Of a stretch of DNA of 64,000 nucleotides, positions 23,900 to 35,950 are shown piece by piece; positions within the stretch are counted from its first letter, which is position 1, and each line of letters begins with the position of its first letter. The notes under the pieces were generated by a model. It saw nothing but the letters and a program-made list of their open reading frames with translations, searched no databases and was not told the DNA's origin. The translations under genes were made by a program, and so were the position numbers. Where the stretch lies: the NCBI GenBank assembly GCA_950097015.1, contig CATNEN010000001.1:17546001-17610000 (forward strand), in the 5' to 3' direction. Origin of the DNA: Macrostomum hystrix (Eukaryota; Animalia; Platyhelminthes).

Positions 23900-26225
23900 A
23901 GTTGGTTTCATGATTTCAAATGATTTCTTCTCGAACTTATTAACCTGGTAAGTCACCTAGAAAATTTGACGAAATACACAGGGGCGATACACTGTTGACA
24001 TTCTGAGGCCGCAGGCTGTCTTTTAGACCCCGGTTTTCGACGGGGATCTCTTCTACGTCTATCCCAGACTACGGGACATCAAATCCCATCGAAATCCATC
24101 AAAATTATGGGGCATCACGAAATCACTTTTGTCAGTGGTACCCTCATCGATCAAATTTGTCTGATTGCCTTGTCTTGCCAGGCAGGGGTGTACCGACTTT
24201 GAGGGGACCCCATTTGAGAACCGCTATATTTAGAGAGATAAAGACTGATGTCATCTGGTAGGCCAATAAATTGCGCGTCGGATTTCACTGATTGCGTCGA
24301 TAGATCTGCATTCGTTGTCTGCTGGCAGCCGGTCTAGTAATTAAAGCGTCATAATCTACTCATAGCGCCATCCATTAGGAGGTACCACTGACACTCTAGA
24401 CATCATTTGACAGCCTTCCGGTGGGTACTTATCGACGATCTTGGTGTCGTTAGAAAGCTCTAGGCATGCTCTATCGACGTGCGTTTGTCCGAAATATAGG
24501 TGCCCACAATCTCCAGTTCAAGATCAATCTGGCTACATAGTAATAATTAAGTAGTCTGTGTGGTGGGAAACGCATGTACTTAAGGCCAAGCGTGGCATCA
24601 ATTGTTGGTTTCTTGAATTTTCCTAAACGACAATAGGTGCCCAAAAGCTCTCTCTGTCACCTCACCCTCTCCTCTCTGTGCCCTCACTCTCTCCTCTCTG
24701 TGCCCTCACTCTCTCCTCTGTGCCCTCACTCTCCTCTGTCACCTCACCCTGTGATTCCAAGAAAGAAGTAATAATAATAACATAATAATAATTTTAGTCA
24801 GTATACCTTGAGCAGGTCACCTATGCTGTGCCTGTGCGGCACAATTTTTGCCAATGAGATGCGTTGATATGTTTTGATAAATTAGCTTATGTATTTTCCC
24901 CGAAGTTTGACACGGAAAAGAATTGGTGAAAAGTCCTAGTTAGACAGAAATATTAATTGAACAAAGTACAGACCCTCTCGTAAAAACACATACAGTGCAC
25001 GCACAGTGAGCATAAAGAAAGCAGGAATTAGAGTTTGAGATTTTATCTTTGTCAAACGCGTATAGAACTTCAGAACTCTCTCCTCTCACTCCGCTGCTCG
25101 TTTGCAAGGGAGCACGACCATTGAAGAAATTGCATGACTACCAGGGAAAACTGAATAATTTAGTCATCGGAACATATTCTGAACAGTTTGACTCTAGCTC
25201 TCCTCTGACCATTGAAGAAATTGCATGACTACCAGGGAAAACTGAATAATTTAGTCATCGGAACATATTCTGAACAGTTTGACTCTAGCTCTCCCCTGAC
25301 CATCCAAGAAATTGCATGACTACCAGGGAAAACTGAATAATTTAGTCATCGGAACATATTCTGAACAGTTTGACTCTAGCTCTCCTCTGACCATTGAAGA
25401 AATTGCATGACTACCAGGGAAAACTGAATAATTTAGTCATCGGAACATATTCTGAACAGTTTGACTCTAGCTCTCCTCTGACCATTGAAGAAATTGCATG
25501 AGTACCAGGGAAAACTGAATAATTTAGTAATCGGAACATATTCTGAACAGTTTGACTCCTGACTTCTCTAGCTCTCCTCTGACCATTGCTGCCACACCTG
25601 GGCTAAATTACTCTAGCTAAGTGTAATGACTATAGGTAAGTCAAATACATGCACAAGTAGGATTGCAGGCAAGCAGACACGAAAGGTGTACACACGCATA
25701 TGAGCATTGACACTTGTATGGATATGAACGCATATGAAGCAATTATGAAGTCAGATTGGCCGAGTTCGCATAACAACAAAACGCCTTGGACCACTGGAGG
25801 GAATTGAAAAATGACATTAGACAAGGCTAAAGGCGCAGAAGTGCTTAGCCACGTACCTTTAATTGTGCAAATATTTCTAAAAGCTAAAATAGCGTTAGCA
25901 AGATGCTTCTTCAAAGATTGGCCACAATGGTCGAAAGACCAGAAGCACCGACAAATAATTGAATGGATCGTCATTTCCATTGTGTTGAATGCTCGCGCAC
26001 GTCATCATGTTGACATCAGAATTGTAGCTGAAAGCTGCAGCGGAGCGTTGATTACAACTGTAGTCTTGGGCCCCAGGCACCTGTGGATTTAAATCAACCG
26101 AATGAGCACTCGTAGGTTGACCAGCTGCTGGAAGAGCCGGCGATATTTCGTTGGCAGGAGTACCGCAAGTTTTACCACCAACAGCGATGTTGCGTAGCTC
26201 GTCAATGAAACTTAATGCAGCAAGA
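23900..26225 (+). repeat. Diverged, locally rearranged paralog of ~56.2-61.4 kb with unexpanded satellite monomers
   Basis: 24497-24648 matches the 140-bp satellite monomer; 24025-24320 matches ~58680-58960; 24650-26225 matches ~59680-61423. Confidence 0.85.
25116..25587 (+). repeat. 91-bp tandem repeat, ~5 copies
   Basis: GACCATTGAAGAAATTGCATGACTACCAGGG... recurs with period 91. Confidence 0.95.
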
Positions 26226-26295
26226 TAAATTTAACGCATATTTTTCACTAGCATGCTCTTAAATATATAAAAAACTAATCAACTTTCTTCACAGG

Positions 26296-27311
26296 GATCC
26301 GAAGTTCGACAAAGTGTCGCTCAAGGAGCGCGATACGCGCACCAACGTGTCACATCATAAACAAATGATGATGGCACTGTGCGAACTACGCCGCATATAT
26401 CGCCGGGAAGCGGTGGTGCTGGGCCGGTGTCCGACGCTGATGGACTTAGTGTCGCTTGAGTGCCTCGAGGCCGCCTGCATGTGGCGCGTAGGAAACCAGT
26501 CAGTGTACAATCTAATTCACACGCTGCAATGGTTTGTTGGCGAGGTGGCTACTCACTTGGAACATAAAAATTCCCAGGAATTGGCCGAGATTGTGCGGGT
26601 CTCGCCCATTAAACTGCGCAACGCCGCCGAATGCCTTTCGCACACGAAGGCCAACGCCTCAAACGCACGTCGTGGCGAGTACCGAGCGACGGTCGATGCG
26701 CGGACTCGTGAAGGGCAGTATGACGAAAAATTTATGCTGTCTGCAATGCAGGCTCTCTGCACCTCGCAGACCCTTAAGGATCTGAAGAACGAGATCCTAG
26801 CTCTATCGAAGACCCCGCACAACTCGCGACGGCGTCTAAGTGACTGAGCGGCGGCGATTCTGCTCCGTGGTGATCGTCAGCCATATGACATTCCAAAATT
26901 TCCGCTTTGACGTTTATGGCCAAATTCGGCTGGCAAATTTCAACCCCGAATACGTAAAGCGCAACGATGATGGCAGTGCTGTAGTTCTGTTGCCGCACGT
27001 TCGGGACAAAAACAGCAACAGCTACAGCACTGTCAAGCTGTACCTATCAGCCGAACTGTCCAACTTTTTTTGCTTGGAGGGATATTCTGGACTCCGAGCT
27101 GGAGGTTCGAGCTCCGGACTGCGCTCTCGATGCGGAGCGCTACGAGCACCAGTATTTATTTCCCGGCCGATTTGACGAACAAGACGGCTTTGTTCCTGGC
27201 GCCAGCTTGACTGGCAAAGACGGAGCAAATGGCGTGATTGCGCTGCTCACATCGGTCTGCGGTAGCTGCCCGAACAAAAAAACCGTCACACCTTCTGTCA
27301 TCCGACACTTC
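26296..27311 (+). pseudogene. Frameshifted, 3'-truncated tyrosine recombinase (Crypton-like)
   Basis: Across three frames the YR-ordered motifs appear: FQNFRFDVYGQIRLANF (catalytic R), VLLPHVRDKNSNSYSTVKLYL (K), HQYLFPG, and VTPSVIRH (box II, 27288-27308). The catalytic Tyr region is absent. Confidence 0.6.
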
Positions 27312-27369
27312 TGTCATCGCCCGGCAGGGCTGAAAATCGCCCAATAAAATTGTCGGGGCTTTCTACCCA

Positions 27370-29610
27370 CATACCTCGATTTGCAGCTGTGGCTGATTGA
27401 GGAGGAGCTGGATATTGCCCTCTTCTCAGAAACGCTCCTCAAGGATACTCACCAACTTTCTCTTCCAGGCTATTCTTGCATCCGGTTTGATGCGCCTCTT
27501 GCCAAGAGAGGGCTACTATTGGTGCACAACTCGAGAGTGACGCTCTCTAATGTCTGCATGTTTGTAGACAATACCAACTTGGAGGTCCTCTCCTGCCATG
27601 TGCAGCCGACGCACGTCTCGCTTCAATTCAATCTCTCCTTGGTCTACAAGTCACGCACTCCAGAGGTGCTCAACATGGATACACTCAAATCTCTTTTCTC
27701 TTCCAATCGTAGTCTCATTCTGGGCGATCTCAATGCCAGACACGACGTGTTTGGCAACACTAGTCGCAACAATAGAGCAGGTGAATAGCTCTACAACTGG
27801 CTGATTGAAGACCATAACGCGCCCGAGGTGTACTCACTCAACGAGGTTGGTGAGTACACCCGTGTAGCCAGCAAAAGTGGGGCGGTCTCGATGAACGTCC
27901 TCGACTTGGGACTGTCCTCGCGCAACCTTGCGGTGAGTGTGACCGACTTCCACGTTGGCTATGATGTGGGAAGCGACCACCTACCAATATGCCTCACTCT
28001 CGAATCCAGGGCCCCCGCGTGGGATGGCCCTCGAAAGCCGAGAAATTTCAACTAGGTCAACTGGGAACAATTCCAAATTCATCTTAACCAATCACTCTTC
28101 ACACTTAATGCTCTTATGCTCATCTGTCAAGTCGATGTCGACAGGGAGGTCCAGGTGATCACCTCGGCCATCCAAGAGGCCATCGCTCAAACTGTACCTG
28201 AGCGTAATTTAGCAAGGCCTCTTCCGCAAGACCTATTCCTACTCTCTCCCGGGATCAGCGCGTGGCCTAAACCGAGAACGACAAGGCCCAGATGTTTGCC
28301 GAATCCTTGGGAGCCAAAACGAAACCACTTCCTATCACCAACAGGGACTTTGCACGAAGGGTCAGAGATGAATGCTTGGATCCGCTCTTTTATCCTACAG
28401 GGCGTGACTCACTCTCTCAGACTCTGAATGCACCTGATCCGTTGGAGGTTCCATTCACGGTTCCCGACCTTGTCTGGGAGCTTGAACACCTCAAGCTCGA
28501 CAAGGCGCCGGGTCCCGACGATATTCCTAACAGGGTTCTACGCTTTGGCCTTGAACCCATGTCCATCAACAGGATTCTCAACTTGTTCAACGCCTGCTTC
28601 GACATGGGGATCTTCCCCACTGCCTGGAAGAAGGCAACCACCATTATGATTCCGAAGCCCGACAAGGCACCGGACGATCCAAATTCGTATAGACCAATTA
28701 GCCTCACATCCTGCTTCGGCAAACTCTTTGAGAAACTTATCGCAAGAAGGCTCGTCTCGCACTTGGAGTCCTCCAACACGCTAGGCATGGACCAGTGTGC
28801 CTATAGGAAGGGCCACAGCTCGTACGACAACCTGTGCAGGCTTGCGCAGGATGTCATGGAGAGCAAATGTCTTGGCCACAAAGTCATCGCCTCTTCCTAG
28901 ACGCAGCCTTTGCGTTTGACTCCACTGATCACGACAGACTTCGTGTTCGAATGAAGGAAGCCAATCTGCCCAGAAAAATTACTCGCCTTCTGTCCGATTA
29001 TCTTCGCGACTGGTCTATTAAAGTGCGAGTCGGAGAGGCATTTAGCAACTCCATCAATCCGCGCGCAGGTGTCCCTCAGGGGGGGATCCTAAGCCCCTTC
29101 CTGTACAACTTGTACGTCAGCGGTATGTCTCCTCCCACAAATCCAAATGTGAAGCGCAGCCAGTTTGCCGACGACATGGCCATCTGGGCCAGAGCCACAT
29201 CTGTATCGCCAAGATCCTGCAACCTTATCTGCAGGCTGTTGCGGACTGGTGTGCGCAAACTCAACTCAAGCAAATCGCAAGCTATGGCATTCAACTCCAG
29301 ATTAGCACCTCAGGCTAGGGTACAATGGCCCAACTTCACTCTAAGTGGAGAGGTCATCCCCTATGTCACCAATGTCAAATTTCTTGGAATCAACCTTGAA
29401 TCCCAGTCACCAACTCAATCACCATGTTCTCATCATTGAGCGAACATGCAGAGCTCAGCTGGCGTCTATTAGCAGGCTAGATAGGATGACTCAGCTCAGC
29501 AGCGTACAGGGCCTACATCGAGAGCATTCTCACGTATGGTTCCCCTGTCCTAAACGTCATTTCCGTCTATAGTCTCAACAAACTCCAAATGATTCAAAAC
29601 TATGCACTAT
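27370..29610 (+). pseudogene. Degenerate non-LTR retrotransposon ORF2 (APE endonuclease + RT), same family as 43450-46371
   Basis: DIALFSET, ILGDLN, GSDH, APGPDDIPN, YRPISLTSC, GVPQGGILSP, QFADD, VKFLG motifs; stops (27784, 28053) and several frameshifts. Confidence 0.93.
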
Positions 29611-29644
29611 CCTTTCTCTAGGCACACGTCTAAGTGCAGTGCGA

Positions 29645-31092
29645 CAAGAAAAATCCAGATAGAACCGTTTTCCAAGCTAGAGCCACATTCTCTAGTACGG
29701 TTTTAGGTGCTTTTCGAGCTAACTTATACTCATGAGAGTATCCTTCCCCTAGGGCCTTAGGCTAGGTTAGTTTCTCCTCTCCTCCTCCTTAAGGAGGCTT
29801 TTTCTCTCCTCGTTAGAGGAGCCCTCCCTCTACGCCTTGCCGCGCCCCTTGCCCTCTGCCCCTGCGCCTTGCCGCGCCTCTCGACCTCTGCCCCTGCGCC
29901 TTGCTGCGCCCCTTGCCTGTGCCCCTTGCCCTCTGTCCGTGCCCCCCTGTCTGTGGACTACGCCTACGCCTACGCCTACGTCCACGCGTACCTCCACTGC
30001 GTTAGTCAACCCTCTCGCCTGTACTTGGACCCCTCTCTTCTTTCTCCATTCTTATTTTAGTACATTTCCCTTGTTCACCTGCATCCTGCATCATTCTTCA
30101 CTTTCTGCTCTAACCGACGCGACACCCAGCATTTAGTAAATAAAGTTTTAAGGCCTTTATAAGGCACTCATTTGCAGTTTTAAGTTTTAAGTAGTAGTAT
30201 ATACAGTTTTATACAGTTTTATTTAAAATTATTTATAAATTTTTATAGAATAGATAGAATAGTCATGCAGCAAAAGAATAAGAAGAATCATCAACAACAA
30301 CAACAACAACCGAAGGACAAACGCCAACGCCAATCGACCAACGCGACGACCAAAGCCACAATGGAACAGGATGACAAGAAAGCCAAACGCCAATCTAGCC
30401 AATCCAACATTCTGAAGCCAACGCTGACCGAAGTCAGTACGGTTCCAAAGCAACAAACCACCGACGAAGTAAGTCCAATGGACACATCCAATAACTCCTC
30501 CAGTAGGCCTTCTTCAACAGAACAGGCACGGCCGTCAGAAGGTGCTCAATCTCAATCTCAAACTCAAACTCACAATTACGAACATCCTCTTATCTCAACC
30601 CAAGGCTTCTTCTCCAAATTTCTCATCGGAGACACATGTCCAAACGCTTACTATCCGCACGCCTTCAAAGACATCGCCAACGACCTTCTTACTACTCTAA
30701 CCACTGACATTCTTCCTCTTGCCTCACGCCATCACACCAACGGACGAGCTGAACCTCGCAAAATCTTTTGGTACGGCCCGCCTTACACGCACTCTGGAGA
30801 GACGATCCAGGGCAACTCCAATTGGCATCCAATAGTGTCCAATCTTGCAAATCTCCTACACACTCAATTAGGACTTCCAGCCTTCAACTCTTGTCTCGTA
30901 AACTTCTACGAAAATGGCAACGAATCAATTGGCTACCACTCAGACGATGAACCTGAGCTGGGACAAAATCCAACAATCGCCTCTATCTCAATCGGAGCAC
31001 CTCGAGAATTCCGCATCCGCTCAAAATCATCTGGCATCTCACTCTTAACACAAGTTCTTGCACACGGATCGCTGCTCATCATGAAAGGCGAC
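29645..31092 (+). mobile_element. 5' part of a second AlkB-carrying LINE (structured 5'UTR plus truncated ORF1)
   Basis: 5'UTR is homologous to 39781-39925; ORF1 is homologous to the N-terminal half of 40706-43381. Confidence 0.85.
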
Positions 31093-31158
31093 GGTCTTAA
31101 GAGATCTCTTAAGATAAGTCCATACGAAAAAGTTACTACCTATGATCAACGACATTGA
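30265..31158 (+). pseudogene. Truncated LINE ORF1 with a partial AlkB (ALKBH2/3-like 2OG-Fe(II) oxygenase) domain
   Basis: EPRKIFWYG, FNSCLVNFY, GYHSDDEPELG, IASISIGAPREF and HGSLLIMKG are present; homology ends at ~31092, before the distal His and the RxxxxxR motif. Confidence 0.85.
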
Positions 31159-31391
31159 AGTCTACTGTCGACAGCCGAGCATATTGATGGATCTACAAAT
31201 CTTAAAATAAGGAAGAAGGGCGAAAGAAGGACCCTAACCATGAGCACCACAGGATTAGGCCCTAAACCTAACCCTGGACCCTGATCAAACACCTGATCTA
31301 TCAATGTTGTCTATCTATTCATAAGAGTAATCACAAATTATAGCAAATAAAAATTATTTAACCTTAGCTCAAACAAAATAAAACATGTAAA

Positions 31392-31832
31392 TCATAGCAG
31401 ACGAAACGAAAAACTTACCACTCTTACGGTTGGAACCGTTAGCCGATTCTCAAACCGCTTCCAACATTTTGGATGCGGCGGTAATGGCCGATCTTGTTGT
31501 AGAGCTTGCCTGGCGGAATGCACGTACTCTACGGCGCATTCTCTGCACAGCTGATTATGCGCGATGTGATCATAAGTCTGTTCTGAGGACAGAAACTGAT
31601 GAGCCGTTCTGTAGTGGTCACTTAGGTGCATATATGCTTCAAAGCATAATGAGCACATGGAAGCATTATGCCGCACCTTTTCCTCAAACTTTGCGAACCA
31701 TCGAAGGTCTTCTAATCGATGCACGTACTCCTTGTGCACAACATTGATGTGTATTTTGAGGTTGTCTAACCTCATTTCCTGTAGGCAAATCGCACATTCT
31801 TTCAATTTGTCGGAATGGTGACTTCTACGCAT
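31392..31832 (-). CDS. Small protein with two C2H2-type zinc-finger motifs
   Basis: CAIC-x11-HINVVH and CSLC-x9-HYRTAH, plus a third Cys/His cluster. Confidence 0.55.
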   Translation of the reverse strand: MRRSHHSDKLKECAICLQEMRLDNLKIHINVVHKEYVHRLEDLRWFAKFEEKVRHNASMCSLCFEAYMHLSDHYRTAHQFLSSEQTYDHIAHNQLCRECAVEYVHSARQALQQDRPLPPHPKCWKRFENRLTVPTVRVVSFSFRLL

Positions 31833-32043
31833 TCCTTCTTGGCTCTAAATTAAGACTCTCGAGACTCTTAAGAAAAAGAGCCTTGCTTGTCTTGTTCAGT
31901 TGGACTAATAATCTATCAGGTGGAGGAGGGGATGTTGTCGAATTGAGGGGTGTCTTGCTGTGTCCTGTGTACATGATTGGTTGAGGGGTACCGAATTTCA
32001 CCTAAAGATCTGTCCCTGTTCGGCTTCACACTACTTACGACCA

Positions 32044-32780
32044 GTAGTAAAGTTTGATTAATAAATCTTACGCTAACCCATACATTTTACCCTAATCCAA
32101 ATCCTGATTTGCATCATGATTTTAAAGTAGCGGGTCTGTTGTAGGGTCCACATTACACAACTTTCTGTTGTGTAAATATACTAAAACCGTTTATGGACCT
32201 CCTAAAGCGCACAATATCCGAAGTAGTTCTCAAACAGTTTTTATGCGGTTAAGTGAATCTCGACTTGGCTGTTGTGTGCTCTATTATGCTTGCCCATACA
32301 GTTAAGTAGTAAGTTTTTCAGCTCAAAAGTTAGGTACTATTGGGGCATTCAAGTGCATGCGCTTGTTCTTAACCATAGAAATCCATATCATACACTTTAT
32401 TATGAGTAGCGCAATGAACGTTCGAGAGTCCTGAAGTAGCTCTCACCTTCGTCAGGAGCACCGCCGCATGCCTATGTCAGAGTAGTAAGTTTTTCAGGGG
32501 ACATGCAATATCTGCCGTGTCATAACCATACTGTCTTTAATGCCTCGTATAAGAATTTTTAGTCAACAAAGTCACTTGTTACTCGGAGAATATATCAAAG
32601 GAACTTATAAAAGTATTTTAGTAGCGATATGAGGGGCTATTTGCCCCTCACGAGGGGCATTTCGCCCCTTCGTAGTAAATTTTGATCAAGAAATCTTACG
32701 CTGACCCATACACTTTACCCTAATCCATATCCTGATTTGCATCATGATTTCAAAGTAGCGGGTCTGTTGTAGGGCCCACA
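32044..32780 (+). repeat. ~108-bp direct repeat pair (~32044-32152 and ~32672-32780)
   Basis: GTAGTAAA...CCTGATTTGCATCATGATT...GTTGTAGGG.CCACA occurs twice. Confidence 0.8.
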
Positions 32781-33892
32781 TGTTGCAAACTAATAGTAAA
32801 ATTAATAATAACCCAATAATGTTTAAAAATGCTTACCACTTTCATAAGAAAGGTATCCATTTATTTGAAAAGTTAAGATAGCTGAAAATTCAAGACAATC
32901 AAACTGTCGCTTTCACTGCATACTAACTGTTAACACTTAGTCTTTGTATGTACACAAAAACTGTTATGAAAAACTTACTATGAGGACTATAATACATTTT
33001 ACAATATTAATAATTGTTTCTGAAAACGCAGATTTATGAAAGTAAGATTTGCTTTGCTCTGATTTTCATTTGCTTTGAAAAATTGCATAATGGTGTAGCT
33101 AGCAAAGATTTGTTTCTGTGAAAATTCTATACAATACAATACAATACAATGCAATACAACAACAAACAAAATACAACCCTAGTCCATGCTAACGTTAGGA
33201 CTAACGTTTGCTTCTCGTTATTTATAAGATTTTTATGTAACGTTAATGCGGTAACTAAAAATTAACAATAATTCCAAACTGTAAAATCAATTTTTAGTCT
33301 AATAACTTAATAGATAATAATTTAGTTATTATTTTAATTTGGAGATTTAGGCAGAAATAAAAAAAGTTGCAAAAGAAATATGAATTTTCTTATAATACAA
33401 AAATCAAGATGGCCGTCAATGAAATTTTAAATTAAATCCTTATTGAACTAGCGGAATATTCTATTATATTCTATAATCTAGATATTCAGCTACAAAAACT
33501 AAAAATATAGACAGATAGTTTAAGAAAAATGTTTATGTTATCGTTATTTGTAAATGTAAATGTTATTTTATAACATAATTTTATAAAATGTTATTTTTGT
33601 TTTAGGCAATGAAATAAAATCTGTTGAAATAATTATTTTGTCTAAATAACTGTTTGCCCTATTGTAGCCAGTGTCTATATAGTATGTTAATATCTATTAT
33701 GTTAGTATTATTTTCTATCTATTATTTATATCTAAAGCAACTTTTTATATGTAGCTTATTCATATTACTAAATAAATTTAACTTAGGCCTAACAGTTGGC
33801 ACCTTAGTACAATCATCATAATATTTTTTCAATGTGATAGACATTGTAAGATTGATTTAAAACAATTGACTAATTTTGAATTCCAGATGTAA

Positions 33893-35950
33893 ATGAACCA
33901 AAGGCAACTAAAGCGAAGTATTAATGAAATTGAAGCTAAAATAAAAGACCAAGAGAAACATATAGAAAATTCATTGTCTCAACAAATTTACTATTTATAC
34001 CCACTTCAAGATGAATCATCTAGTGGCATTTGTTTGTCAGATATTGATATTGACATTGACAAGATTTTGAGCAACTTTGTCTTAGAAGAGTTTTCTAATA
34101 ATGGTCTTCACCTTATTGAGGTGGAAGATACTTCTGATGTTGACCATTTTGAACATGAAGACACATTGCTACAACATTTTGTAGACATTACAAAAGAATT
34201 TTTATCAGACTTATCAGAAAGGTCAGAGTCTTATGACAAAGTCCAAAGTAGCTTCAAAGATGACTTGGCTGCATGGGTTGTTGAAGCCAAAGTGAGTCAA
34301 GTACATATTACGTCTTTACTGCATCTACATGCTAAACATTTTCCAAATTTGGATCTTCCATTGACAGCATCAACATTGTTGGCTCATAGCACTAATGCAA
34401 AGTCATATTACTGTTCTAAAGATATCTATTATGTTGGTGTACAGTCTGCAATTGAATCTATAATAGATAATTCTTTATCAAGCATACATACCAAATCTAA
34501 TCAGTTGACTCTATTCCTAAATATTGATGGAATCAGTTTTTTCAAAAGTTCTGGCTACCAGTGCTGGCCTATTCTTGGTTTTGTTCCTGAATTACAATCT
34601 GAACCTTTTGTCATCCAGTTCTATTATTCAAGAGATAAGCCAAATCCCAAACAACTGTGTTCTGAACTGATTAAAGAATTGAATCATCTAATTTCAAGTG
34701 GATTTGATTATTGTGGTCATCATTATGCAATTTTAACAAAGGCAATAATTTGTGATGCACCAGCTAGGTGCTTATTGAAGTGCACTAAGTATCCAACTGG
34801 TTATCATAGTTGTGACAAATGTAAAGTAGAAGGTACTCGATGTGAGGAAAGAAGTTGCATTGTCTTTGATGAAGTTAATGCTGATCTACGAACTGATCTT
34901 GAATTTCGACTGCAAATTGATGAGGATCACCATAATGAAGCCAATGGATTATCACCATTTCTTGAATTAAATTCAATTGACATGGTTGCATCATTTCCAC
35001 TTGATGTTCTTCATGTGGCATATCTTGGTGTTATGAGAAGGATGATGTATTTCTGGATAAAAGAGGGCCCATACAAGGTCCGAATGCCAAGTCAGGCTAT
35101 TAAGACTTTATCTGCCAATTTAGTTTCATTAAAATCACATGTCCCATCAGAATTTTGCCGAAAGCCACGAGGGCTTAATGAGCTTTGCTATTGGAAAGGA
35201 GCTGAATTCCGATCATTTATTCTCTATTATGGAATCATTGTTTTAAATGATGCTAGTATTCCAAAGGACATTTATCCTCATTTTCTATACTTTCACATTG
35301 CAATGCATCTTCTTTGTGGTAAATCTGCAATGCTAAGTGTAAATGTTGTTGCTGCAACCAATCTGCTAAAAGAATTTGTTACAAAGTCATCTGGATTGTA
35401 TGGACGTGGATTTGTCTCAAACATAGTTCATTCTCTGATTCATTTGCCAAATGACTGTGAAAAATTTGGTGCAGTAGATGCATTTTCTGCTTTTCGATTT
35501 GAAAGTTTTTTGCAGATTCTAAAGAACAGACTATGCAGTGGTAATCAAGTGATTGCTCAACTGAGAAATCGGACTGGTGAATATTTGATGACAAAAAGGT
35601 CCAGGGCTGAGCTTGCCGTACCATCTCACAAGAGTACAATAAGAGTTAACAGCAGAGATTGTTTTATTATCACAAGGACTCTTCAAGTCTGTCTTGTTAC
35701 TGAAGTTTTGCCTGCTAAGTTCAAGGTGATGGAATTTACACAGAAAGAAGATTTTTATTCCTATCCAATAAAAAGTTCAGCTGTAGGAATATTTTTTGTC
35801 AAAGATGGCTGTTTTGGAGCACCATTCGATGTCACTGATGATTGCATATTGGACAAGGCTTGCGGTTTTCCTGTAAAGAAAGGATATGTTATCATTCCTC
35901 TTCGCCTTGACTTTCCAGATTCACATGGAGAAAAATTGGCTTGTTGTTAG
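33893..35950 (+). CDS. CACTA/EnSpm-type (CMC) transposase, 685 aa
   Basis: NIDG...CWPILG, ICDAPAR...GYHSCDKC, PLDVLHVAYLGV, WKGAEFR, HSLIHL and FRFESFL motifs. Confidence 0.9.
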   Translation: MNQRQLKRSINEIEAKIKDQEKHIENSLSQQIYYLYPLQDESSSGICLSDIDIDIDKILSNFVLEEFSNNGLHLIEVEDTSDVDHFEHEDTLLQHFVDITKEFLSDLSERSESYDKVQSSFKDDLAAWVVEAKVSQVHITSLLHLHAKHFPNLDLPLTASTLLAHSTNAKSYYCSKDIYYVGVQSAIESIIDNSLSSIHTKSNQLTLFLNIDGISFFKSSGYQCWPILGFVPELQSEPFVIQFYYSRDKPNPKQLCSELIKELNHLISSGFDYCGHHYAILTKAIICDAPARCLLKCTKYPTGYHSCDKCKVEGTRCEERSCIVFDEVNADLRTDLEFRLQIDEDHHNEANGLSPFLELNSIDMVASFPLDVLHVAYLGVMRRMMYFWIKEGPYKVRMPSQAIKTLSANLVSLKSHVPSEFCRKPRGLNELCYWKGAEFRSFILYYGIIVLNDASIPKDIYPHFLYFHIAMHLLCGKSAMLSVNVVAATNLLKEFVTKSSGLYGRGFVSNIVHSLIHLPNDCEKFGAVDAFSAFRFESFLQILKNRLCSGNQVIAQLRNRTGEYLMTKRSRAELAVPSHKSTIRVNSRDCFIITRTLQVCLVTEVLPAKFKVMEFTQKEDFYSYPIKSSAVGIFFVKDGCFGAPFDVTDDCILDKACGFPVKKGYVIIPLRLDFPDSHGEKLACC

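Noticed and set aside
29645-29775. Canonical HDV-like ribozyme in the LINE 5'UTR
   Set aside because: The inner stem is 6 bp and the loop lacks the conserved L3/P1.1 pattern in both copies, and no consistent P2 was found. Kept only as an unclassified structure.
30265-31158. Host ALKBH2/ALKBH3 gene
   Set aside because: Intronless, preceded by the LINE-type 5'UTR, and collinear with the retrotransposon ORF1 at 40706, so no host gene symbol was assigned.
32631-32676. Helitron 3' end (GC hairpins)
   Set aside because: Followed by CGTAG rather than CTRR; no Rep/helicase or matching 5' end seen.
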